A stretch of DNA of 64,000 bases from an uncultured Eubacteriales bacterium (lineage in GTDB: Bacteria > Bacillota > Clostridia > Christensenellales > Aristaeellaceae), in NCBI GenBank assembly GCA_902790345.1, contig CADARO010000007.1, positions 3,693-67,692 of the forward strand, given 5' to 3'. The translations under genes were made by a program, and so were the position numbers. Positions 25,571 through 33,398 of the stretch are shown here, piece by piece. The notes under the pieces were generated by a model. It was not told the DNA's origin and did no database searches. It worked only from the letters and a program-made list of their open reading frames with translations. The stretch's first letter is position 1; the number at the start of each line of letters is the position of its first letter.

Positions 25571-27295
25571 TCAGCCTTCCTCCAGCCGCGCCCAGAGGGC
25601 CTCAGAGGCGTTTTCCGCCGGGAGGACGGGGCAGTCTAAGGGGCAGCCCTCGCCCAGCCACAGGGTCTCCAGGCGGTCGGAGGAGATGTGCATGCGCAGG
25701 GCGTCCTCCTCCTCGGCGGTGAGGGCCGGGGCGGAGGCGATCACCAGCACGCCGGCGGCCAGCAGGGTCAGAACCCGGGCAGGCAGCTCGTTCAGCGTGG
25801 CCTCGCGCTCCTCGAGGGTAGCGGCGGCGCTCACGCCCAGGTAGTAGGCCGGGCGGCCGGCCTCCAGCAGGCGGCGCTCCAGGGCGGCCGCCGCTTCACG
25901 CACGCGCTCCGCGTTTGAGCCGGAGAGCAGCAGCACCCGGGGCCGCTGACGCAGCATCGCGGCGCGCTCGGCGGGGGAGACGTCGCCCGTCTGCCAGGCG
26001 CGCTGGCCGGAGGCGCTACCCTCCTCGGTCTCGCTGAGGGCCTCGGCGAAGATGCCGCCGCCGGAGATCTCGTAGTCGTCCACGATGACAAAGCGGTTGG
26101 TGGCCGCCAGGTCGCCGGTGTCGTCGAAGGCCACCAGCTTGCTGGCCGAGAGCACGCACTCCGCCACCTCGTGGCGATCCACCTCCTGCTTCTGAACCCG
26201 ATGCAGGCTGGAGGCGTCCATGACGCTGAGGATCTTTTCCAGCCGACACTCCACCTTGGCGGAGCCGGTCTTGAGGTAGTAGGTCTTGCCGGGCACCATG
26301 GGGGATCGGCCCAGCCAGAACAGGCTCACGCGCACGCGGCTGGCCACCTTGGGGGGCATCTCGCCCGCCCGGGCGCACAGCTCGCCCCGGCGCACGTAGA
26401 TCTGCTCGGTCATGGTGAATCCGGCGGCGTAGCCCGCGGCGGCGACGCCTTCCGCTTCGTCCGACCGCATGGGCTCGATCCGGTTCACATGGGTGCGCTT
26501 GCCGGAGGGATAGAACACCACCTCGTCGCCGGCGCGCAGCGAGCCGGTCTCCACCGTGCCCGCGATGATGCGGCGGCTGTCGCCGTGGGTGAACTTGTAC
26601 ACGTCCTGCACGGGCATGCGCAGGGGCAGGTTCTCCAGGGAGCCGGGGGTGTGGAACTCGTCCAGCATGTCCAGCACGGTGGGGCCGTCGTACCAGGGCA
26701 TGCGCTCGCTCTTTTGGGCGATGTTGTCGCCCTCCCGGGCGCTGACGGGGATGAAGCCCTCGGGCGAAATGCCGATCTCCTTCAGGAATTCGCTGTACTG
26801 GGACACGATGTCCTCGTAGACGGCGCGGTCGTAGTCCACCAGGTCCATCTTGTTCACCATCACGCAGATCTGCCGGATGCCCAGCATGGCCAGCATGTAG
26901 CCGTGACGGCGGGAGTTCTCCTGAACGCCCTCGTGGGCGTCGATGACCAGCAGCGCCGCGGCAGCCCGGGAGGCCCCGGTGATCATGTTTTTCAGGAACT
27001 CGATGTGTCCGGGGGCGTCGATGATGATGTACTGGCGCTTTTTCGTGTGGAAGAAGCAGCGGGCGGTGTCGATGGTGATGCCCTGGGAGCGCTCGTCCTT
27101 GAGGGCGTCCAGCAGGAAGGCGTATTCAAAGGGCTTGTCGTTGCGACGGCACATCTCGCGGATCTGCTCCAGCTTGCCCTGGGGCAGGGCCCCGGTGTCG
27201 GCCAGCAGCCGGCCGATGACCGTGCTCTTGCCGTGATCCACGTGGCCCACGATGACGATGTTCATGTGCTCCCGGCGATTTTGCTGGGTGTCCAT
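25571..27295 (-). CDS. cysN: Sulfate adenylyltransferase subunit 1 (CysN GTPase) with a C-terminal degenerate APS-kinase-like domain
   Basis: G1 box GHVDHGKST. Also DAPGH and NKMD. EF-Tu-like domains II and III are present. About 145 extra C-terminal residues follow. The start overlaps the cysD stop by 1 nt (TAATG). Confidence 0.9.
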   Translation of the reverse strand: MDTQQNRREHMNIVIVGHVDHGKSTVIGRLLADTGALPQGKLEQIREMCRRNDKPFEYAFLLDALKDERSQGITIDTARCFFHTKKRQYIIIDAPGHIEFLKNMITGASRAAAALLVIDAHEGVQENSRRHGYMLAMLGIRQICVMVNKMDLVDYDRAVYEDIVSQYSEFLKEIGISPEGFIPVSAREGDNIAQKSERMPWYDGPTVLDMLDEFHTPGSLENLPLRMPVQDVYKFTHGDSRRIIAGTVETGSLRAGDEVVFYPSGKRTHVNRIEPMRSDEAEGVAAAGYAAGFTMTEQIYVRRGELCARAGEMPPKVASRVRVSLFWLGRSPMVPGKTYYLKTGSAKVECRLEKILSVMDASSLHRVQKQEVDRHEVAECVLSASKLVAFDDTGDLAATNRFVIVDDYEISGGGIFAEALSETEEGSASGQRAWQTGDVSPAERAAMLRQRPRVLLLSGSNAERVREAAAALERRLLEAGRPAYYLGVSAAATLEEREATLNELPARVLTLLAAGVLVIASAPALTAEEEDALRMHISSDRLETLWLGEGCPLDCPVLPAENASEALWARLEEG

Positions 27296-28182
27296 TACAT
27301 GTAGCCTCCCTTGCGCAGCTCTTCCAGTCCGCCGCCGTCCTCCTTGTCCTGCTCCCGGCCGGAGCGCTCGGCGATGTTGGCGAATTTCCCCGTCTTCAGC
27401 TCCTCGATGATCTCATCCAGGTTTTTCGCGGTGGAGTCCACCGGCTTGGTGCAGGGCCAGCAGCCCAGGGAGCGGTATCGCTTGCCCTGGCCGTGATCGA
27501 AGTACAGCGACACCACGGGCACGTTTTCCCGCCGGATGTACTCCCACACGTCCAGCTCCGTCCAGTCCAGCAGGGGATGCACGCGGATGTGGGTGCCGGG
27601 GCGGAAGTCGGTCTTGTACTGGCCCCAGAACTCCGGGGGCTGGTCGCCGATGTCCCAGTCGTTGTTGCGGTCCCGGGGGGAGAAATAGCGCTCCTTGGAG
27701 CGGCTGCCCTCCTCGTCCGCCCGCACGCCCACGATGACGCCGGTGTAGATCTCGGTGGTCGCCGTATCATTAAAAAAAAAAGTCTCGTGGTTCATGCGGT
27801 AGCGGGGCCAGGTGCCGGCCAGGGTGTGGGCCAGCGCCTCGGTCTTCAGCGCCTTGCAGCACTCGATGCGCGTGGCGTTGCCGTCCGGGAAGGTGGCCTT
27901 GTCCCGCAGCGCCTCGGCGTTCTCGCCGTAGACCATGTCCAGATGCCACTTGCGGGCCAGCATGTCCCGATACTCGATCATTTCGGGGATCTTGTAGTGG
28001 GTGTCGATGTGCACGAGCGGAAAGGGCACGTGGCCGTAAAACGCCTTGCGCGCCAGACAGAGCAACACCGTGGAGTCCTTTCCGATGGACCAGAGCATGC
28101 ACAGGCTCTTGAACTGGCTGTATGCCTCCCGGATGATGTGGATGGAGCGCGCCTCCAGCTGGTCGAGATGATCCATATCCAT
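27295..28182 (-). CDS. cysD: Sulfate adenylyltransferase subunit 2 (CysD)
   Basis: PP-loop [11 protein letters not shown]. Also [34 protein letters not shown] and SLGCWPCT. Confidence 0.9.
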   Translation of the reverse strand: MDMDHLDQLEARSIHIIREAYSQFKSLCMLWSIGKDSTVLLCLARKAFYGHVPFPLVHIDTHYKIPEMIEYRDMLARKWHLDMVYGENAEALRDKATFPDGNATRIECCKALKTEALAHTLAGTWPRYRMNHETFFFNDTATTEIYTGVIVGVRADEEGSRSKERYFSPRDRNNDWDIGDQPPEFWGQYKTDFRPGTHIRVHPLLDWTELDVWEYIRRENVPVVSLYFDHGQGKRYRSLGCWPCTKPVDSTAKNLDEIIEELKTGKFANIAERSGREQDKEDGGGLEELRKGGYM

Positions 28183-28189
28183 TCCCTCT

Positions 28190-29584
28190 CTACAGTCGGC
28201 GCAGCTGATTTTGCGCCGCGTTGATGATGTAAAAGCCCTTTCGGTTCAGCGAGTCGGCCCGGTTGTAGGTCATCTCCGAGCCGTCGCCCTGGCGGAAGAC
28301 GGCTCCCGCCTGTTCCGCCACGCACTGAACGGCGGCGGTGTCCCACTCCATGGTGGGGCCGTTGCGGTAGTAGAGATCCGCCGCGCCTCGGGCGATGAGA
28401 CAGCCCTTCAGGGAGCTGCCGGCGGGCCGGGTCTCGGCGATCCTGCTCCGGTTGGCTTCGATCAGCGCCCGGGTCTCGTCGTCCGTGTGGGAGCGGCTGA
28501 GCATCATGACGAGGTTTTCATGCCGGTCCGACACGCGGATGGGCTCCGCCGTGCCGATGGGATCGTCCGCCTTCGACGCCGCCGGGCAGTAGAACGCTCC
28601 CAGCCCCTCCGCGGCGAAATACAATTCGTCCAGCACCGGGGCATAGACCACGCCCATGACGCTTCGGCCCCGGTATGACAGGGCGATGTTCACGGTGAAC
28701 TCGCCGTTTTTCTTCACGAATTCCTTGGTGCCGTCCAGGGGATCCACGATGAAGCAGAAGGGGTTGCCCAGCCGGGCGGGGTCATCCGCCCGCTCCTCGG
28801 AGAGCAGGGCGTAGCCGGGGAAATCCCGCTGGAGCGCCGCGGCGATGAGCCCGTCCGCGGCGGTGTCCGCCTCGGTGAGGGGCGACGAATCCGCCTTGTA
28901 GGACACGGCGAAGTCCCGCCCGTACACCTCCATGATGGCCCGGCCCGCTTCCAGCGAGGCGCTCACGGCGGTGCGCAGCAGCGCGTCGTAGGGGATGGAC
29001 AGCCGCTGGGCCGCCAGGAGGACCGCCTCAACGCATTCGTCCACGGACATGCGCTCCGTGTCCAGCGTGAGCTCGGGCGTCTCCGGCGGCTCGTAGGGGG
29101 AGGACACGCCGGTGAATTCGGCGATCTCGCCCCGCATGGCCCGGGCGTAGAGTCCCTTCGGGTCCCGGGCGGCGCAGGCTGCCACGCTGGCTTTGACGTA
29201 GATCTCGCAGAAGGGCGCCCGCTTTTCCACTCGGGCCCGGGCGTCGGAGCGGGTCTGGCGATAGGGCGATATGGCGCTCACCAGCACGATCATGCCCGCG
29301 TCCGCGAACAGCGCGGCCACCTCGGCGATGCGGCGGATGTTCTCGTCCCGGTCGGCGGGGGAGAAGCCCAGATCGCCGTTGAGGCCGTGGCGCAGGTTGT
29401 CGCCGTCCAGCAGATACGCCGCGCGGCCCCCTTCGATCAGCGCCTTTTCCACCCGGGTGGCAATGGTGGACTTGCCTGAGCCGGACAGGCCGGTGAGCCA
29501 CAGCACCGCGCCCCGCTGCCTAAGCGCCTTCTGGCGATCCGCCCGGGACGCCAGCGCCCTTTGCCAAACGATGTTTTTTTCCAT
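28190..29584 (-). CDS. cysC: Bifunctional adenylyl-sulfate kinase (CysC) / 3'(2'),5'-bisphosphate nucleotidase (CysQ-like) fusion
   Basis: N-terminal half: [45 protein letters not shown]-terminal half carries inositol-monophosphatase-fold motifs: [20 protein letters not shown]. Confidence 0.9.
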   Translation of the reverse strand: MEKNIVWQRALASRADRQKALRQRGAVLWLTGLSGSGKSTIATRVEKALIEGGRAAYLLDGDNLRHGLNGDLGFSPADRDENIRRIAEVAALFADAGMIVLVSAISPYRQTRSDARARVEKRAPFCEIYVKASVAACAARDPKGLYARAMRGEIAEFTGVSSPYEPPETPELTLDTERMSVDECVEAVLLAAQRLSIPYDALLRTAVSASLEAGRAIMEVYGRDFAVSYKADSSPLTEADTAADGLIAAALQRDFPGYALLSEERADDPARLGNPFCFIVDPLDGTKEFVKKNGEFTVNIALSYRGRSVMGVVYAPVLDELYFAAEGLGAFYCPAASKADDPIGTAEPIRVSDRHENLVMMLSRSHTDDETRALIEANRSRIAETRPAGSSLKGCLIARGAADLYYRNGPTMEWDTAAVQCVAEQAGAVFRQGDGSEMTYNRADSLNRKGFYIINAAQNQLRRL

Positions 29585-29626
29585 AATATAAACAGCCCCC
29601 GCGTTTCATCAGGATAGCCGTTCCCA

Positions 29627-29655
29627 CTATACTTCACCGGCATTTCTTTGTCAAG
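29627..29655 (-). promoter_or_regulatory. Sigma-A-type promoter for the cysC/Q-cysD-cysN operon
   Basis: On the minus strand: TTGACA, a 17-nt spacer, then TATAGT, about 40 nt upstream of the ATG. Confidence 0.55.
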
Positions 29656-29739
29656 CGGCGCTGGTTATTTCTTTGGGGATAGGATAAAATGAGCGCCGGA
29701 TTCCGACAAATCCCGGCGCGACGGGGCGGATTTTCGCTC

Positions 29740-29769
29740 TTGCGAAGGCCGGGGCCGGCATGGTATAAT
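29740..29769 (+). promoter_or_regulatory. Sigma-A-type promoter (extended -10) for the sulfotransferase gene
   Basis: TTGCGA, an 18-nt spacer, then TGgTATAAT, about 35 nt upstream of the ATG. Confidence 0.5.
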
Positions 29770-29804
29770 GCACACAAAAAGAGGCATGCAAAGGAGCGAT
29801 GAAT

Positions 29805-30527
29805 ATGTTTGTCACGATCATCGGGCGCGGTCATTCCGGCACCCGCGCCATGTCCCACACCCTCAGCGCCAGCGGCGTGTTCATGGGCGCGCCCCTGAAC
29901 AAATCCGGCGACCTGCTGCCCCCGGAGAGCATGTACGAGGCCTGCCGCGTGTTCGCCAAATACGTGGACTACAAGGGCGGCCTGGAGTGGGATTTCTCCA
30001 GGGTGCTGGCCATGGAGCCCGATCCGGCGTTCGTGCGGCTGGTGGAGGATTTCCTGGTGACCGTGCTGAGAACGGATAACGGCAATCGCGGCTGGAAGCT
30101 GCCCGAAACCACGCTGGTCTATCCCTGGATCGTGAAGATGTTTCCGGAGATTCACTACATCCACTGGGTGCGGGACCCCCGGGACTGCATCCTCGGCGTC
30201 CACCTCACCGACGACCTGAACGACTTCGGCGTGAAATACGACAAGACGGAGGACGTGCGCCGCAACCGCGCCATCAGCTGGCTGTATCAGCGGGAGATCG
30301 TCAGGGCCACCCCCGCCCCGGAGAAGACCATCTCCGTGCGGTTCGAGGATCTGGTGTTCGATCAGGACAACACGCTGGCCCGGGTGGGCGACTTCCTGGG
30401 CATCCCCCTCAACAAGATCGAGATGCGCCCCGACTCCGTGGGCCGCTACAGGACCGACGAGGGCGTCCACATGTACGACTTCTTCAAGGCGGACATGCTG
30501 GCCTGCGGATACGAGCTGGAACAGTGA
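29805..30527 (+). CDS. PAPS-dependent sulfotransferase family protein (acceptor unknown)
   Basis: 5'-PSB-like loop FVTIIGRGHSGTRAMS. 3'-PB-like IHWVRDPRDCILG. About 240 aa. AAGGAG lies 8 nt before the second ATG (29805); the first ATG (29799) is only 2 nt from the RBS. Confidence 0.7.
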   Translation: MFVTIIGRGHSGTRAMSHTLSASGVFMGAPLNKSGDLLPPESMYEACRVFAKYVDYKGGLEWDFSRVLAMEPDPAFVRLVEDFLVTVLRTDNGNRGWKLPETTLVYPWIVKMFPEIHYIHWVRDPRDCILGVHLTDDLNDFGVKYDKTEDVRRNRAISWLYQREIVRATPAPEKTISVRFEDLVFDQDNTLARVGDFLGIPLNKIEMRPDSVGRYRTDEGVHMYDFFKADMLACGYELEQ

Positions 30528-30586
30528 ACAGGACGCCGGGAAAGCGAAATGCTTCTCCCGGCGTATATATATGCCCTGTGGGTCGG

Positions 30587-31252
30587 TCACCAGTCGCTGC
30601 TCCAGTCGGTGTCGGAGGAATCCCAGCTGTCGAAGACGCTGCTGTCCGAGGAGGAGTCGCTGGGCTCCTCGTAGTAGCCGGAGTTGCTGAAATCGTCGCG
30701 GCTGTCCTCGAAGGGGTAGTCCTCGCCGTAGTAGGCGTCCTGATACCACTCGTCGCCCTCCGGCGTGTCGTAGATCGTCCAGTCGTCGGCGTAGTCGTCG
30801 AAGAGGTACCAGTAGTTGTTCTGATAGTAGTAGATGTCGTCGTCCACCCGGTAATAGCCCCGCCTGGGCGACTTGATGGCCCGATACAGGCCGAAGGCGG
30901 CCCCGGCCAGGCAGATCACGATGAGCCCGGTGGAGAGCGCCTTTTGAAGGCCGCTGGTCTGCTTTTTCGGCGTCGGGCCCGCCTTGGCCCGGCGCAGCTC
31001 GATCTCGGAATTGATCTTGGCCCAGATCTCCTGGGCGGCGTAGGCCTCGTCCGGCCCGGCGTATCGGATGGCCCGGGAGCCGTCCGCCTTGTTCTTGTAC
31101 ACGATCCAGCGGTCGGCCTCGTCGTCGTGATAGATGCCGAAGCAGCGCGGCTCCTGCCGGTTTTCACCGATGAAAAAGCGCATCGTCTCCAGCGGCATGC
31201 CCCGCTCGGCGGCCCGCTGAAGCAGCTCCTCGACGGAATGAACCTGATCCAT
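30587..31252 (-). CDS. Single-pass membrane protein with an extreme Asp/Tyr/Trp/Ser-rich C-terminal tail (hypothetical)
   Basis: High GC3 and an AAAGAGG RBS. TM helix LSTGLIVICLAGAAFGLY. Tail: YYRVDDDIYYYQNNYWYLFDDYADDW...SDSSSDSSVFDSWDSSDTDWSSDW. Confidence 0.65.
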   Translation of the reverse strand: MDQVHSVEELLQRAAERGMPLETMRFFIGENRQEPRCFGIYHDDEADRWIVYKNKADGSRAIRYAGPDEAYAAQEIWAKINSEIELRRAKAGPTPKKQTSGLQKALSTGLIVICLAGAAFGLYRAIKSPRRGYYRVDDDIYYYQNNYWYLFDDYADDWTIYDTPEGDEWYQDAYYGEDYPFEDSRDDFSNSGYYEEPSDSSSDSSVFDSWDSSDTDWSSDW

Positions 31253-31287
31253 GATTGCCTCTTTTCACGACCCGGCGGGCCGTTTTT

Positions 31288-31926
31288 TCATTGCGGTATC
31301 TGAAGGATTTTATCCCTGAACCCCTCGGCCAGGCGCAGGTGCCCCTCCGCTGTGATGTGGATGGCGTCCTCCCGGGAGCAGGCGGCAAACCGGCCCGCGT
31401 CCATGAACTCGCAGCGCATGAGCCGGGCGTAGCGGGCGTATTCGGCGGCCAGGCCCCGGGTCACGGCGGCGGCGTTGGGGCCGAACACCTGGGCGTAGGG
31501 GGTGTCCGTCACCCAGTCGGCGATGGGCGGCGGCGCGGTCAGCAGCACCGTGGGCGGATTGCCCCGCTCGTCCATGCCGTAGAGCCGAACCAGGCGGATC
31601 AGCCGCATGCAGCCCTCCGCGATGGTGCGGGCGGTCATGTTGAAGCGCATCTTGGCGTCGTTGGCCCCCAGCATGATGATGACCAGATCCAGCGGGTTGT
31701 GGCTCATGAGGCAGGGCGGCAGGTAGTCCGCGCCGCTCTTGTAGCCCCCCTCCACCGGGTCGTCGAACACCGTGGTGCGGCCACCGAAGCCCTCCTCGAT
31801 GACGGCATAGTCCGGCCCCAGCAGCTCGCTCAGCCGCATGGGCCAGCGGGTGTGCTCGTCGAACCGGCCCCCGTTGGGCCGGGTGCCGTAGGTGTTTGAA
31901 TCGCCGAAGCAGAGTATGCGCTTCAT
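31288..31926 (-). CDS. SGNH/GDSL hydrolase family protein
   Basis: Block I ILCFGDSNTYG. Block II GFGGRT. Block III MLGAND. Block V DAIHITAEGH. A GGAGG RBS precedes MKRILCF. Confidence 0.85.
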   Translation of the reverse strand: MKRILCFGDSNTYGTRPNGGRFDEHTRWPMRLSELLGPDYAVIEEGFGGRTTVFDDPVEGGYKSGADYLPPCLMSHNPLDLVIIMLGANDAKMRFNMTARTIAEGCMRLIRLVRLYGMDERGNPPTVLLTAPPPIADWVTDTPYAQVFGPNAAAVTRGLAAEYARYARLMRCEFMDAGRFAACSREDAIHITAEGHLRLAEGFRDKILQIPQ

Positions 31927-32105
31927 GGCCGTTGCCTCCGTGACGTGTGGAATGAGTCTATTATAGCACGACGGCGCGGCAAAGGGAAGCGCCACGGGCG
32001 AATTTTGCCTGATTCGGCGCGGCGCGATTGCATTCCGGGCCGTCATCTGCTATGATAGGCATGGACGCCCGGCGTTCTATCAAATTGAAACGGAGGATTA
32101 CACCC

Positions 32106-32399
32106 ATGATTCGTCACATCGTGCTGTTCAAGATCAAGCCGGAATACAAGGCGATCATTCCCGAGCTGGTTCAGAATTTCTACACCATGAAGGGCAAGGT
32201 GGAGGGTCTGGTTGACCTGGAGGCCGGCGCGGACATCCTGGGCAGCGAGCGTTCCTACGACATCGCCCTCATCTGCACCTTCGCCGACCGCGCTTCCTTC
32301 GACGCTTATCAGACCCATCCCGCCCACATGCCCATCAAGAAGCGCATGCACGAGGTGCGCGAGGGCTCCGTGGCCTGCGACTTCACCGTGGACGCCTGA
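32106..32399 (+). CDS. Dabb (stress-responsive alpha/beta barrel) family protein
   Basis: MIRHIVLFKIKPE...DIALICTFADRASFDAYQTHPAH. GGAGG RBS. Confidence 0.8.
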   Translation: MIRHIVLFKIKPEYKAIIPELVQNFYTMKGKVEGLVDLEAGADILGSERSYDIALICTFADRASFDAYQTHPAHMPIKKRMHEVREGSVACDFTVDA

Positions 32400-33287
32400 T
32401 TACGCCCCTTCCCCCAGCTCCGCCAGCACGGCCCGCAGCCTGCTTCTGGTCTCCGCCGAGGCGGGCACCAGGGGCAGGCGTGCTTCGTCCCGGCAGAGCC
32501 CCATGAGGCTCAGCGCCGCCTTCACGGGGATGGGGTTCACCTCGTGAAACAGTGCCTCGATGAGGGGCAACAGCCGCAGCTGGATGGCCCGGGCGGCGGC
32601 CACGTCGCCCTCGAAGAAGCGCGCGCACAGCTCCGCCACCCGGGCGGGGCACACGTTGGCCGCCACGGAGATCACACCCTGTCCGCCGAGAGAAAGCACG
32701 GGCAGGGTCATTTCGTCGTTGCCCGCGTAGACGGCCAGAGTGTCGCCGCACAGACGTGTCAGGGCCGCCACCTGGGCGATGTCGCCGGAGGCCTCCTTCA
32801 CGCCGCGGATGTTCGGGTGCCGGGCCAGGGCCGCCGCCGTCTCGGGCAGCAGGTTGACGCCGGTGCGAGAGGGCACGTTGTAGAGGATCAGCGGGATGTC
32901 CGCCGCGTCGGCCAGGGCGGTGAAGTGAGCCACAAGGCCCGCCTGGGTGGTCTTGTTGTAGTAGGGGGTCACGCACAGCGCCCCGTCCGCCCCGGCGGCG
33001 CAGGCCTGGCGAACCAGCGCGGCGGCGGCGCGGGTGTCGTTGCTGCCCGCGCCCACGATCACCGGCACCCGGCCGGCCGAGCGCCTCAGGGCGCATTCGA
33101 TGAGCCATTCCCGCTCCTTTGCCGACAGGCTGGCCGGCTCTCCCGTGGTGCCGCACACCACCAGGGCCGCCGTGCCCCCGTCGATCTGCCGGTCGATGAG
33201 CCGCTCGAAGGCCTCGAAGTCGATCTCGCCCCCGCGCATGGGCGTCGGCAGCGCCGCGGCCGAGCCCTGAAAAAGACGCCTGTTCAT
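32400..33287 (-). CDS. dapA: 4-hydroxy-tetrahydrodipicolinate synthase
   Basis: GTTGEPASLS, TPYYNKTTQ, ILYNVPSRTG, and the active-site Lys context GVKEASGD. Confidence 0.9.
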   Translation of the reverse strand: MNRRLFQGSAAALPTPMRGGEIDFEAFERLIDRQIDGGTAALVVCGTTGEPASLSAKEREWLIECALRRSAGRVPVIVGAGSNDTRAAAALVRQACAAGADGALCVTPYYNKTTQAGLVAHFTALADAADIPLILYNVPSRTGVNLLPETAAALARHPNIRGVKEASGDIAQVAALTRLCGDTLAVYAGNDEMTLPVLSLGGQGVISVAANVCPARVAELCARFFEGDVAAARAIQLRLLPLIEALFHEVNPIPVKAALSLMGLCRDEARLPLVPASAETRSRLRAVLAELGEGA

Positions 33288-33342
33288 TTGCTCACGCTCC
33301 CTTCTCCCGACAGGATATGAGAGGGAGGCCGCGAATGTGTCT

Positions 33343-33383
33343 GCGGAAAAAACAAAGCCCGCCGGAAAAATCCGGCGGGCTTT
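33343..33383 (-). terminator. Rho-independent terminator after the SBP gene
   Basis: On the minus strand: GCCCGCCGGA, a loop, TCCGGCGGGC, then TTTGTTTTTT. Confidence 0.75.
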
Positions 33384-33398
33384 GACGCGATTCAGCGA

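Noticed and set aside
33288-33342. A lysine riboswitch (L-box) upstream of dapA, and T-box or other leaders upstream of ilvA and thyX.
   Set aside because: The leaders are too short (about 55-140 nt), and no conserved riboswitch or T-box sequence elements were recognised.
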